Below, one piece after another: positions 62,033 through 64,000 of a stretch of DNA of 64,000 bases (position 1 is the first letter of the stretch; each line of letters opens with the position of its first letter). Origin of the DNA: Eledone cirrhosa (lineage: Eukaryota); contig OZ024761.1 in NCBI GenBank assembly GCA_964016885.1, positions 11,098,001 to 11,162,000 of the forward strand, given 5' to 3'. Below the pieces are notes generated by a model that was not told the DNA's origin, ran no database searches, and saw nothing but the letters and a program-made list of their open reading frames with translations. The position numbers and the translations under genes are program-made.

Positions 62033-64000
62033 CAATATGTCAAGAATTCATCTCTTTCCAGTCTTAACCTCTTCTGAATGGAACAGAGACGAGAATAATG
62101 AGAATTTCTCAAATTAAAGTTCCAAAAAGGCAGAGTTTATTTATTTACTTCAAGTTTATTCAATTTTGTTATTTTTTTAAATATTTTAATTTTTTTTATT
62201 TTTGAGGGAAAAAAAATAATTAAAAAATAAATAAAAAATAAGATTTTTGTTGGTTTTCTTTGGGGGTGAAAAAAAAAAAAAAAAAAAATGTGTATATTAC
62301 ACAAACACCCATCCACCCAACTAACATTTCCATACCCTGAGGAAGCACATGACTAGTTTTAGTTAAGTTAATTAGCATAGTTAATTAGTGCTCCACCTAA
62401 CATATTTCTTTTTATTTTGACTATTAATCATTTTATTGTACTGCCCCCAAACCCCCCCAAGACTCCCCTCCTTGTACTTCCTGTTTGTGTACAAGACAAG
62501 AGTTCCGGCATGTTCTCTTATATTAAACAAAATAAATAATATACAAAAAAAAAAAAATCTTTAGACCCCCCCCCCCCCCCCCCTGCAGTTGTTGTTGTGG
62601 TGCTGATGGTGGTGGTTACAGGCCACACCCTGGTTGTAGGCTTAGCTGGCCTTCTACCAGCTTCTCACCCGATAGGTTTCTCAGGTGCATTAAAGACACC
62701 ATTACAACCCACACACCCCAATCCTATTAAGAAAAAAAAAATCGAAGTGAAATGAAGTGTCTTTCCCCAAGAACACAACACACTGCCTGGTCAGGAAATT
62801 GAACCTTCAACTTCATGATCGTGAGTCTAACACCCTAACCACATAAAAAGAAAGAAAAGTCCTCCTTAAACTTGATAAAACAAGGCTGCCAGACCCAACA
62901 AAAAAACAGAACATGGTTAGTTGGTTGGACATGACTTAGTACAAGAGAGTAATGACCTCAAACTGGGTCAGTTTCTTTTGTTTCCTAACTGTTGTTGTTA
63001 CAGCTAATACCTACGTATGTTTAGCTGACCTCCTACAAGGTTGTATCTCATAGGAGGTTTCTCAGCTGTTTTAATGATACAGACCCCAGTCCTATCATGT
63101 TACAGCTAATACCTATATTGGTTAAGCTGGCTTCCTACAAGGCCATAAGTTTCTCATGTGCTTTAATGATAGGGATCCCAGTCCTATCATGTTGTTACAG
63201 CTCCCACCTATGTAGGTTTAGCTGAGGGGAGTATGGGGGGAGTGGAAGAAAAGGAGGGGGAGAATGTGGAGAAGGGTGGGGGAGAGGAATATTATTCTTA
63301 AAGATATAAACCAAAATTAAATAGCTCCAACCATAATTACTGATGGAGAGAAGGAGGGGTTAGAAATGGTTAGAAATGGTTTCTGATATAGGCACAAGGC
63401 CAGCAATTTTGGGGAAGGGGGAAGTCGATTAAATCGATCCCAGTTGCATGACTGGTACTTTATTTTATCGACCCCGTAAGGATAATAGGCAAAGATAACC
63501 TCGGCGGGATTTGAACTCAGATCATAAAGGGCCATAACTCTATGCTAGAAAGCATGGCGTCCGACCCTCTACCGATACTGCCAATCCACTGCCCTCTTAA
63601 ATAATAATAATAATAATAGTAATAATAATAATAATGATTTCTAGTATAGGCACAAGGCCAGTAAATTTTTTTTTTGGGGGGGGGGGGGAGGGGAGTCGAT
63701 TAAATCGACCCCAGTGCGTGACTGGTACTTTATTAATAAAAATAATAATAATATATGACGATGAATTATGACACAGGCAGAATGTCAGAATTGGGGTGTG
63801 GTGGACACGGTGGACAGTCAATTACTTTAACCCTCCCATGACCACCACCTAGTAAACCGACCTAACCCACTCCGACCCTCCACACTGTAAAACTGAAGCC
63901 AACCTTGGCGGGATTTCAACTCGGAACATAACACAACAACTCCAACAAAACTAAACACAAGACATTTTCTTCACCCCCCCCCCCCCCACACTCTGCTGCC

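Overview
Eukaryotic, AT-rich, extremely repeat-dense genomic DNA. The SINE/MITE families and microsatellite load point to a coleoid cephalopod, probably Octopus (inference). One host gene can be fully reconstructed by hand: GOSR1/GS28 (Golgi Qb-SNARE), minus strand, 8 coding exons from 56538 to 35939. The CDS is 726 nt (241 aa + stop) and all splice phases are consistent. Its last intron is a U12-type (minor spliceosome) GT-AG intron, about 90% filled by a 51-bp minisatellite. Its introns also hold a near full-length degenerate RTE-clade LINE, a DD37D (maT) mariner fragment, a Helitron-like element with a CTCF-like motif, and a different minisatellite in almost every intron. Upstream lie a ZNF143/Staf-like site and a tight UPRE/GASE + CRE + E-box cluster. 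The left half holds Helitron remnants, a 7.2-kb 41-bp satellite, long (GGT)n tracts, tRNA-derived SINEs, TTAA-flanked MITEs, an inverted segmental duplication, and two adjacent long palindromes each carrying hammerhead-ribozyme-like motifs (Penelope-like element termini). Almost all long ORFs in the supplied track are repeat artefacts.
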